From Botryllus schlosseri (lineage: Eukaryota), in NCBI GenBank assembly GCA_051294905.1, contig CM119371.1, positions 11,844,001-11,908,000 on the forward strand: 64,000 nt of DNA, given 5' to 3'. Shown piece after piece: positions 11,201 through 20,641 of this stretch. Made by a program: the position numbers and the translations under genes. Numbering within the stretch: the first letter of the stretch is position 1; each line of letters starts with the position of its first letter. The notes under the pieces are model-generated. The model ran no database searches. It worked only from the letters and a program-made list of their open reading frames with translations, and was not told where the DNA came from.

Positions 11201-12945
11201 TCAATTCTTCGTTTTTCTCCTGATCTTCATCTCCGAGAAGCGCAGGAGGTTGTGGCTGGCCCTCCACCAGATTCCCTTGTTGCCTGTTTTGTGGAAGTTT
11301 CCGTTCAGGTTGCTGGCGCCGCACGCGCGATACCACCAGCCTCCTTCGCATTCAGAAGCGCAATTCCCTCCCCACCAACCATCGTGATCCGCGTCGAACG
11401 TTGAGAATCGTTGATTATTGTTGTGATGCGCGAGACCATCTCCGGTTGCATTCCCGGAGTATCCGGATACGTACAATCTGTAGAAGTCGGATCCGGGGCC
11501 GATCTGGAAGTTGCTGGAAAAGGAATCGAGAAAAGAAAGCCGTCATGTTTTTGTTGGTTGCATGTTTTCACAGAGACCGTTGCTTCAGACTCGCCTGTAT
11601 TTTGCCGTCCAATGAATTCCTTTGTCTTTTGTGATCATGTTGATTTTCAATTCCATGTCTCCTTCCTTTGTCCTGTTATGCAACTCATCGATCCCTGCGG
11701 ACAAGCGATGCGGGATTATGTGGGGTGTTGGTTTTAAATCAAACTGATTCGGTGATTATCTATCATTCGGACCGTGTAATGCCATAATGCTGAAGTAAGC
11801 GCTGACATTTTAAAAGTCTCATTCGCCAACGATTTCGACGAGGATTGATGCATTCTTAAGCCTTAACATTGTGAAACATTGGTTCCGCAAGATATTATCT
11901 CAAAAACAAGGTATGCAGTAGCCAACACCCCAATATATAGGAAGGATTTGGCCTTGTGATACAATAAAGATATCAAACCAAGTTAGATCCCGTTTGTCTG
12001 ATTTTTTTTTTACATCAGACATCGATGCATTCTCTATATTTATTACGTTGATGTAATAACTGATTGCGGACAAAGATCACATTAGACATTCTCTACAGAT
12101 TCACAAACGAAATGATGGATATTCCGAGCGGACTTTCTAGCAAATCATTTTTGAAATAGGCAAGGTACATGCTCGCTTAGTGCTGAATTTCTTTTCATGA
12201 TGCCGTGCGAAGAATTTCAACCACATACTTAATAATATCATGAAAATTGTATTTTTGCAAAAGGATCACTGTGCAGAACCAAGGTTCGTTTGTGAACGCG
12301 AACATCAAAATTCCAGAGGTTCACAGACATAATGCGAACGTACACCTTACATTCACACCATCCCTATAGTCAGCCATAACCAACAAGATATGATCGACGA
12401 AAACCTACAAATTGAAGGAATCACATTGAAAACCTTCACACCGAGCCACAAATCTCCATCAGAATCCCCGAATCCTTTCACGTAATCATCCCAACCTCGG
12501 TAGAAATCCACATTTCCGTTCATTCTTCGTTGGAAAACCCGCAACAGCATTCAGCAACACAAGAATTCACAATAAAAATTACGCCGCAACAGAAAGATTT
12601 GAAACGCTACTAACAGTCCATTCCCTATCCGCGATCGTTGATCGTTGATCGTTGATTCTGAGTTGAATTTCCTTCCGCATCTCCGAAATCCTTCCCGAGC
12701 CCTTCATGAAAAGTACCCAGAACATAACATAACCTTCAGCGGTATCATAACTTTAAACTACCCGTATAACAACCCCGCAATCTCCCTTCGAGATCCATTT
12801 ACCGTTGACGTATCTTCTCATGCAGAATTTCGCTGGAAAAGAGAAAATATAATCCGATTCAAATGGAACACAAATTCATCGTACCTGACGAACGAAGGTA
12901 GATCGTGAATCCGAACAGCAAAATAATCCAAATCTTGAGCGACAT
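11201..12945 (-). CDS. Secreted fibrinogen-related domain protein (FReD, ficolin/tachylectin-5-like), ~242 aa; possibly a young pseudogene
   Basis: Exons (minus) 12945-12885 (signal-peptide-like [20 protein letters not shown]), 12832-12762, 12701-12615 (...EWT), 12538-12442 ([24 protein letters not shown]...LWLG), 11694-11595, 11513-11201 (FSTFDADHD...GGWWYRAC...NLNG...FSEMKIR). Phases join in frame, but the model needs one GC donor (11594) and one GG acceptor (12540-12539). Confidence 0.75.
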
Positions 12946-13894
12946 TTTAAAAGAAATCCGATATTCGATGTCAGCTGCCGTGGCGACGCGTATCCTACTG
13001 ACCCTAATAAGATGGTAGTTGATGGGCAGGTGAATTTATAGGTTCACAAGTTATGCGACCCACTTAAGCTGAGTCACACAGGCAAATGCCATCTCTGATT
13101 TAGTAAGAATCTCAAATGATGATTGGTCATTGGATATTGCCGACAGTTTGTTTATTTAATGCACGGAAATGATTTGCCGATTTCCGAATTGCGATTTTCT
13201 ACGCAGCTACGAAACCAGGAAATTCATAAGATAAACCTCATAATATTGAAATCACGTGGCAAGGTATAAAGAATGAGCAAACGTTGAGAAAACAAAACTC
13301 TGGATGCAAAACTTATTTTAGTCATGGGCAAGTGTTAGTTTAGGCTTCTCATCAGGTATCATCGACCGTTTATCAAATACACGGAAATGATTAACCGATT
13401 TCCGAATTGTATTTGTTGCGGCTATAAGAAATAAGCATATGGGCTTACTTTATAAATCACAGAGCTGAATTAGCGCTACAAGGCATAAATATAACACAAA
13501 ATTTCCGGTTTTGACTTTAAATACTGTATTATACTAAATTGAGGTCGATGATTTCAAATCTGCAATTATTCTTTTGTGCAACACGTCAGGATTTTGAGAT
13601 ATGTGACAAATCTTGAAAATGATATTGAAATTTTTGGTCAAAAATGTCAACATATTTTAAATTCTACTACCCAATCATCTCAGGACTCACGCCATATCTT
13701 GAAGTTTATGAGAAGTTAGATTTATTCACAAATATAACTCATACATGTAAGTATGCCAAATACGTAAACTCCAAACGTATTTAGGTGCAAAATATTAAAA
13801 TATTGCCAACAAATTTTCTCTTCAATGATTCTGTGTATTTCTGGGATTTTGTGTTACCTCTGTCTAGACTCCAGCAATAAGCCTGTCATAATAT

Positions 13895-14490
13895 CAGGGT
13901 TGTAATGACTGGAGTCATGACTCGACTCGAGTCCGACTCGAGTCACGATTTTTTGATGACTCGACTTGACTCGAGTCATTTTCTCAAAATACGGAAATGA
14001 CTCGACTCGACTCGAGTCAATCTGTGTATTGACTCGACTTGGACTCGAGTCATTGTTCATGACTCGAACCAAGTGATATGACTCGAGACTCAGACGGCCA
14101 AGACCGACATTTCATTGTAATTTCGAAGAACAGTAAAGTAAACACCCTATTGGGATTACGTCTATTGGTACTGGTACTTGAAAATGCGATCAGAAACTTT
14201 TAAAAGTGAGGAAAATTAGTATAATATAAATGCGAACCATTAGATATCACCAAACACAGTTGGAAGAGTGGATTTAACAAGACTTTAACTGGAAACTGAT
14301 CAGTCAACACAATGACTTGGACTCGGACTCGAGTCATAATAACATGACTCGGACTCGGACCTCTGCTCGATGACTTGGACTCGAACTTGACTCGGTGGTA
14401 AATTGAAAATGACTCGACTTGAATCGAGTCAAAACAATAAAAGTGAGAATGACTTGTGACTCGGAGCTTTGTGACTTGGTTACAACCCTG
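13895..14490 (+). mobile_element. GACTCGA-rich hAT MITE, copy 3
   Basis: Same TIRs as 7690-8281; perfect TSD cataatat. Confidence 0.95.
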
Positions 14491-14736
14491 CATAATATCA
14501 CAGTCCCATCGCTCTTGGTAAAGCAATTCCATTGTATTATTGTCCTAGTGAAAACGCTTCACCGGCTACTCACTGACTGCCAAGGTTTTGGGAGTCTATT
14601 GACATGGATATGCAGAAAGTGAATCATATTGCAACCGAGAGGTTAAAAGTTGACCAGCAATTTTTTCAACAGACCATCGTAAGAAATGCTTTCCAAGCTG
14701 TAGCTTCATTTGAAGACATAGATAGATGGTACTAAA

Positions 14737-14974
14737 TGTGGAAGACCTCCTGATATTGTCGATTTAAAGAGATTCACAATAGTTTTTAGACAGCTTTATT
14801 TCCGCGTCCTCACGGCAGCCAGTTCAGACAAGAAGAAGCATGCATTGTCATGGATCCACCAAGTGTCCATTTAACGGAGTCGGAGCTAGACACTTGGCGG
14901 CCCTAGAAATAACAGTACCATCAAAATAGTAACTAACAATCATCACATACACCCATAATGGGTGGGCTGTCACA
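14737..14974 (-). repeat. 3' LTR (238 bp)
   Basis: Direct repeat of 20405-20641; TGTG...CACA ends; minus-strand AATAAA near 14795-14800. Confidence 0.95.
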
Positions 14975-14991
14975 CTGCTCCCCCCCCCCCA
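14975..14991 (-). promoter_or_regulatory. Polypurine tract
   Basis: Minus-strand G-run followed by AGCAG immediately before the 3' LTR. Confidence 0.9.
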
Positions 14992-15071
14992 AAGTAGAGG
15001 GAATTACATAATAAAAAATTCACTCTCATGTCAAACCAAAAACTAACAAAAATAATCAAAATAAACAGTAA

Positions 15072-18000
15072 TCATGACTCATAATCCAACAAATACCTAG
15101 GACGCCTAACAAAACGTTTCGACCTTGTAGTGTATGCAGTTTCAGGCACGTCCTGGTCATTCACAATATCAAAAATCTCATCACCATGATCAGAAACTTC
15201 AGCTATTACTGGTTCAAAAACACCAACATCACTACTTTCCCCATCGTCACGATCATAAGGCATCAGGTATTCAACATGAGACTTGCGAAAATTTTGAGTT
15301 CCAACTTTCTGTATGCGGTAAACACACTCGGAAATTTGCTCAACAATTGCATAGGGTCCTGACCATCCAGAGGACAATTTTCTCTTTCTAGGAGGATAGA
15401 AATACCAACAATAGTCACCCACGGCAAAAGCCAGCGGTCTCACCGCACTATCAAAATCACGTTTCTGCCTCACTGCAGACTTGGATAGACGTTCCCGAGC
15501 AAAAGTAAAAGCATCTGAACAAGCATCACGAAACCAATTGACATAATCCACATAGCATTTAGCACTGTCATTACTGGGGGGCCGACCATACATGATATCA
15601 GTAGGAAGTGATATTTCACGACCCAGAAACAGGCGATTTGGGGTATAACCAGTCGAATGATGAACTGTTGAGCGATAAGCCATCAAAATATAGGGCAAAT
15701 GGTCAGCCCAATCAGACCGAGAATCATCAACAAAACTAGTGAGCATTTGCTGCAGCGTTCTGTTCATACGCTCACAGAGTCCATCCGAACGGGGATGATA
15801 GGGGGTGGTACGAGTCTTCCTAATATCAAAGAGCAAACACATGTGCTGAAAAAGTTCCCCTTCGAATTGTCCCCCCTGGTCAGTATGAATTATTCGTGGG
15901 CACCCATATTTTGTGAAAAATTGGGACACCAGAATTTCTGCAGTATTTTGAGCAGATTTAACACGCATCGGATACACTTCAACCCATTTCGAAAAGTAAT
16001 CAGTAAGCACCAACATGTGCAAATACCCCTCATCAGTCTCAGGCAATGGCCCAACAAAATCAAGCGACACTCTATCTAAAGGTTCAGCACAAAGCATCTT
16101 GCACAAAGCAGCTTGGTGAATACCATGAGGTGACTTTGTAGCCGTACAAGTCTTGCAAAATTTTACCCAGTGCTCAACCATGCGTTTCATACCGGGCCAG
16201 TAGCAGCGTTCTCTCATCTTCCAGTAAGTCTTGTCACGTCCAAGGTGACCTGCAGTCCGAAGAGTATGAAGGTGATTGAAGAGTTCCCTGCGCCATGATC
16301 TTGGCACTACCAGTTGACACGTTACGGGACATCCAGGCTTTGCCTTCGAATACTTTCTATACAGCACTCCATTACACAGCGACAAAACAGACCACTGCAT
16401 ACACAGCTGACGCACTACATGCGGCTGAAACAACAATTCTTCAGATGTGGGACGGTCCGTACGATTCTCTTTATACTGTATGACCACATTAAGTTCCGGG
16501 TCTTCTGCTTGCCCTTGACGGATGTCAGATAAGGTATAAGATCCCAACCAATTACTAGTCCTATCGTCAGAAATACCGGCAACAATCGCAGATACAATTT
16601 TACCACCTTCGGAAGGCAAATACGGGGCACATGAGCCACACTCTTCACGATTGCAACGTCGCCGAGGTCTGCGACTTAAGCCATCAGCATTACCATGAAG
16701 TTTCCCAGGCCTATGTTCGACCGTGAAATCATACGTATTCAAGTAAGATATCCAACGGGCTACCAGGCCTTCCGGTTCGCGAAAATTCATCAGCCATTTA
16801 AGTGCTGCATGATCAACCCTCAGAATGAATTTTCGACCCCAAAGATAAGTCTTGAAATGTTCAACTGCCCATCTACAAGCATACAGCTCTCGGAAAGTAG
16901 CGCACCAATTACATTGTTCCTTTGAAAGAGATTTACTTGCATATGCAATCACCTTTTCTTCGCCATCTTGAAGCTGTGACAACACTGCTCCTGCACCAAA
17001 ACCAGAACAATCAGAATCCAATATAAAAGCACCGCCATTCTCCAAAGGAAACGCCAATATAGGAGCCGAGGTCAGTTTCGTTTTCAATTGATCAAATGCC
17101 ATCTGACACTGTTCATCCCATTTGAAGTTGACACCTTTCTTAGTGAGCCGCAGCAAAGGTTTGGCCACCGATGCAAAGAATGGCACAAACTGTCGGTAAT
17201 AATTTGCAGTGCCCAAGAATGCCTGCAAATCCTTCAATTTACAAGGCACAGGCCACTCCTTGATCGCATTCACTTTCTCTTCACAGCACAAAACACCGTT
17301 TGATGTGATAACATGACCCAAATACTCCACCGACTTTCTGAACAATTTGCACTTGGACGGTTTAAATTTCAGTCCTGCAGAACGAATCCTGAGGAAAACA
17401 TCCCTCAAATTTGCAATTTCCTCTTCGAAACTCCCGGCATATACCATGACATCATCAATGAATACCAGAGCTTTCTTGTATAAAATACCAGCAAGAACTT
17501 TTTCCATCAATCTTTGAAACAGAGGTGGCGAGTTGGCCAATCCAAAAGCCATAACCTTGAACTGGTAATGGTCTCTCCCAGGAAGGCTGAAAGCAGTTTT
17601 GTGGCGATCCTTCTCATCAATCTCCACCTGCCAGAAACCACTGGCTAAATCAAAAACAGAAAACCAAGTGGAATTACCGAGCGAGTCTAAAATGTCATCA
17701 ATCCTTGGCAGACTATAGGCGTCTTTCACTGTAACTTCGTTCAGTTTTCGAAAATCCAAAACAACACGAGATGACCCATCTTTCTTAGGCACCAACAACA
17801 ATGGTGTATTATACGGGGAGTCCGATTGCTCAATAACATCTTGATCTAGCATCTTATCAATCTCAACGTCCAATATCTTTCGCTTGGCCCAGCCCAATCG
17901 TCGCGGAGGCACTTTGATTGGTTTAGACGAGGAAGTTACAATTTTGTGCTTGATCACAGAAGTACGACCCAAGCGACCATCTGGGCCACAGAAAACATCC

Positions 18001-18875
18001 TGAAATTCAATCAGGAGGTTCCGCAATGATTCGAGGTGGAAATCAGAGAGACCTTCCACACCGTCTACCAGACACTCCAGATGCTCAGGTAGAGATCCAG
18101 GATGATGAGGGACATCCTGAACAAGCGTGGGACAGCAAAATTCCACAGGCTGACACTCTTGCGGACACAATACTCCCAGTAACAAGGCAGCTGGCAAAAT
18201 AATGTCCTCACCGCCAGAATTAACCAACAGCAAGGGTATCCTATCCAATTCTGGGTCTACCAATCCAGGGACAAAATACAGACCACTCGACTCATATTCA
18301 CTCACGAAATTGCCTGAAGGTTCGAAAATAACCGCAATTCCATCCAACTGGGGCCAAGTCTCATTAAGTTTACCAAATATTATCGTCTCACTGTACCCAG
18401 ATATAGCTACATCACTATCCAAAAAGATTCTACAGCAGGGCACTGATGGAGCGGACGGTTTAAGATTGACCCTCTGGCCCAACACTTCCATGCATTCGTC
18501 TTTTGCATACAACACACAATCATACTCTTTAAAATAATCATAACCCAAAATCCCAACAGCGGCGCCGAGCTCCGCAACAACCACTTCCTTGACAACACAC
18601 ACAGACTCAATGCACATTTGCACCTTACTCCTACCTAACACGTTCAGCCATCCACCATTGGCAACTTTATACGGCTTCTCATACGGAAACAGCTCACCTT
18701 TGTTAGGCATATCCTCCCACACAGAAATATCGATAACTGTAATCGCACTGCCCGTGTCAATAAGAAACTTGATCGAAAAACCATTCACACTCACCATCGC
18801 AAACCAATTAGTTGATAAAGCTAACGAAAAAACCAAAGAATCGTGTTGTAACCTCCTATCCAAAGATTTGTCCAT
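15072..18875 (-). CDS. pol: Gypsy Pol polyprotein (protease, RT, RNase H, integrase); the frame stays open upstream to the slippery site at 18926-18932
   Basis: 1267-aa ORF: FLIDTGS protease, FIDD RT motif, RNase H (DSDCSGFG, RELYA, VDH, NADGLSR), HHCC zinc finger, D-D-E integrase core, GPY/F region; no chromodomain. Confidence 0.97.
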   Translation of the reverse strand: MDKSLDRRLQHDSLVFSLALSTNWFAMVSVNGFSIKFLIDTGSAITVIDISVWEDMPNKGELFPYEKPYKVANGGWLNVLGRSKVQMCIESVCVVKEVVVAELGAAVGILGYDYFKEYDCVLYAKDECMEVLGQRVNLKPSAPSVPCCRIFLDSDVAISGYSETIIFGKLNETWPQLDGIAVIFEPSGNFVSEYESSGLYFVPGLVDPELDRIPLLLVNSGGEDIILPAALLLGVLCPQECQPVEFCCPTLVQDVPHHPGSLPEHLECLVDGVEGLSDFHLESLRNLLIEFQDVFCGPDGRLGRTSVIKHKIVTSSSKPIKVPPRRLGWAKRKILDVEIDKMLDQDVIEQSDSPYNTPLLLVPKKDGSSRVVLDFRKLNEVTVKDAYSLPRIDDILDSLGNSTWFSVFDLASGFWQVEIDEKDRHKTAFSLPGRDHYQFKVMAFGLANSPPLFQRLMEKVLAGILYKKALVFIDDVMVYAGSFEEEIANLRDVFLRIRSAGLKFKPSKCKLFRKSVEYLGHVITSNGVLCCEEKVNAIKEWPVPCKLKDLQAFLGTANYYRQFVPFFASVAKPLLRLTKKGVNFKWDEQCQMAFDQLKTKLTSAPILAFPLENGGAFILDSDCSGFGAGAVLSQLQDGEEKVIAYASKSLSKEQCNWCATFRELYACRWAVEHFKTYLWGRKFILRVDHAALKWLMNFREPEGLVARWISYLNTYDFTVEHRPGKLHGNADGLSRRPRRRCNREECGSCAPYLPSEGGKIVSAIVAGISDDRTSNWLGSYTLSDIRQGQAEDPELNVVIQYKENRTDRPTSEELLFQPHVVRQLCMQWSVLSLCNGVLYRKYSKAKPGCPVTCQLVVPRSWRRELFNHLHTLRTAGHLGRDKTYWKMRERCYWPGMKRMVEHWVKFCKTCTATKSPHGIHQAALCKMLCAEPLDRVSLDFVGPLPETDEGYLHMLVLTDYFSKWVEVYPMRVKSAQNTAEILVSQFFTKYGCPRIIHTDQGGQFEGELFQHMCLLFDIRKTRTTPYHPRSDGLCERMNRTLQQMLTSFVDDSRSDWADHLPYILMAYRSTVHHSTGYTPNRLFLGREISLPTDIMYGRPPSNDSAKCYVDYVNWFRDACSDAFTFARERLSKSAVRQKRDFDSAVRPLAFAVGDYCWYFYPPRKRKLSSGWSGPYAIVEQISECVYRIQKVGTQNFRKSHVEYLMPYDRDDGESSDVGVFEPVIAEVSDHGDEIFDIVNDQDVPETAYTTRSKRFVRRPRYLLDYES

Positions 18876-18877
18876 AG

Positions 18878-18932
18878 CACTGGTCTTATTCGCGGTATCA
18901 CTGGACCAATGATCCGCTACTAATGGTTTAAA
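18878..18932 (-). promoter_or_regulatory. -1 programmed ribosomal frameshift signal (slippery heptamer plus predicted pseudoknot)
   Basis: U UUA AAC in gag frame two codons before the stop; pol is exactly the -1 frame and is open across the junction; 8-nt spacer then two compatible stems. Confidence 0.85.
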
Positions 18933-20404
18933 GCTTGATGGGTCGGTTGAGCAGGCACATTTTGATTAAACACAGGGCCATACATCTGGTTCGGAGCAGG
19001 GTACTGGAATTGACATTGCTCGGCCACGTGACCAGCTCCACGGCACCTCGCGCAAACAGGAACCGGGCAATTACGTATCAAATGGGACGGATCACCGCAC
19101 CGGTAGCATTTCGGCATTACACGACGTTCTGGTTTTGAATACCTAACAGGGGCAGATTCCATCGATTTCACCAGTTTCCTAACCTCCAAAGACAAAGTTT
19201 CCAAGTCTTTGCGAAGATCAGAAACACCAGAACACACTCCTCTACTAGACGTACAATTTCCATCAGAGTCATAACCATCACCAGTTTTAATCAAAGATTT
19301 GGCCACCTTACCCTGGTCTACTTTACTAGAAAAAGCGCCTTCATAAACCTCTGCGACTTTGATCAGGTCGTCCAAATTGCTTGAATCCTGCAAGCTAAGT
19401 AAAGCACACACATGGGGGTCTGAGAAACCATGGCAAAACTGCTGAATTACCATCTGCTCACAAACTTGGTCAGACATTTGAGGATATGCCTTATGGGCTA
19501 AACTTCGCAAGGCCGCAGCAAAAGCTGTGGGTGACTCCCCTGGCAAGTTCTTTCTAGTGGTGAAGGAATTACGATAAACCAGTGAGCCATGAGAACTAGT
19601 TTTACACCTTTTTCTCAAATGTTCAACGAGGCGCACATACTGCACACGAACCTCAGCTGACAACTCACACGCAACAGACAAAGCTCGGCCACGCAAACTA
19701 GCACCCAAATAGCAACCTTTACGTTCATTGTTCCACTCATTACACAAAGCAGTAAATTCAAAATGACAGAGGTATTCCTCCAGAGAAGGACCACTAGCAC
19801 CATCAAATGTGTCGGGGGCCATTTTAACATAATCAGACGCACCATAATGGAACGGTCCCACATTCATCATTTTAGGACTACTTTGAGCACCATTACAAGG
19901 AGGGACAAATGCTGTCTCATCTCCACAAGAATCTATCACAAATCCAACCTTGGGCCTACTTACAGGATCACAACCTAATTCCCCATTGCTGTCGGCATCA
20001 ACCTTAGGCGAGTTCACCACAGAAGCCAACATACCTTTTATGTCACCCATGCCACTGCTCATCAACTGGAACTTTTCTTCAAATCCGCTGTTCATAAGCT
20101 GCAACTTTTCTTCAAATCCCCGAACTTGCGAGTGGAGAGCAGCTACATCCCCATTGACCGAATTCATCAATTCCGCAGCCTGACGCTTCGCTTCGTATGC
20201 CATATTCCGCGGAATACCTTCCATAATTTTGTCCAATCTCGCCAAGCTTTCTTTGACTTTTGCATCCACACCGGTACTGGTATCAGCAGAGTCATCATCC
20301 GAATCCGAAATCGTGTCAAGCACTAGGAATCTGTTGCGTGCCTCCAGATAACTCTCCTTTGACGAGGAAATAGTATCGACTTTGTTTTTTGGCGTGCTCG
20401 CCAT
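18920..20404 (-). CDS. gag: Gypsy Gag polyprotein
   Basis: 494-aa ORF with coiled-coil-like N-terminus, capsid-like PDTFDG...YLCHFE...W region and two CCHC knuckles (CYRCGDPSHLIRNC, CARCRGAGHVAEQC). Confidence 0.95.
   Translation of the reverse strand: MASTPKNKVDTISSSKESYLEARNRFLVLDTISDSDDDSADTSTGVDAKVKESLARLDKIMEGIPRNMAYEAKRQAAELMNSVNGDVAALHSQVRGFEEKLQLMNSGFEEKFQLMSSGMGDIKGMLASVVNSPKVDADSNGELGCDPVSRPKVGFVIDSCGDETAFVPPCNGAQSSPKMMNVGPFHYGASDYVKMAPDTFDGASGPSLEEYLCHFEFTALCNEWNNERKGCYLGASLRGRALSVACELSAEVRVQYVRLVEHLRKRCKTSSHGSLVYRNSFTTRKNLPGESPTAFAAALRSLAHKAYPQMSDQVCEQMVIQQFCHGFSDPHVCALLSLQDSSNLDDLIKVAEVYEGAFSSKVDQGKVAKSLIKTGDGYDSDGNCTSSRGVCSGVSDLRKDLETLSLEVRKLVKSMESAPVRYSKPERRVMPKCYRCGDPSHLIRNCPVPVCARCRGAGHVAEQCQFQYPAPNQMYGPVFNQNVPAQPTHQALNH
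20390..20403 (-). promoter_or_regulatory. Primer-binding site, probably tRNA-Arg(ACG)-like
   Basis: TGGCGAGCACGCCA 1 nt after the 5' LTR; resembles the complement of the tRNA-Arg(ACG) 3' end (TGGCGAGCCAGCCA), recalled from vertebrate tRNA. Confidence 0.65.
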
Positions 20405-20641
20405 TGTGGAAGACCTCCTGATATAGTCGATGTAAAGAGATTCACAATAGTTTTTAGACAGCTTTATTTCCGCGTCCTCACGGCAGCCAGTTCAGACAAG
20501 AAGGGCATGCATTGTTATAGGTCCACCAAGTGTCCATTTAACGGAGTCGGAGCTAGACACTTGGCGGCCCTAGAAATAACAGTACCATCACAATAGTAAC
20601 TAACAATCATCACATACACCCATAATGGGTGGGCTGTCACA
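20405..20641 (-). repeat. 5' LTR (237 bp)
   Basis: Direct repeat of 14737-14974 with about 8 differences (manual count). Confidence 0.95.

Larger units (their letters stand above)
14737..20641 (-). mobile_element. Full-length Ty3/Gypsy LTR retrotransposon
   Basis: Two TG...CA LTRs, PBS, PPT, gag with CCHC knuckles and pol in PR-RT-RH-IN order. Confidence 0.97.

Noticed and set aside
15134..20326. Multiple short plus-strand and alternative-frame ORFs within the Gypsy element
   Set aside because: Antisense or out-of-frame shadows of gag and pol with no recognisable motifs; no env-like ORF is present.
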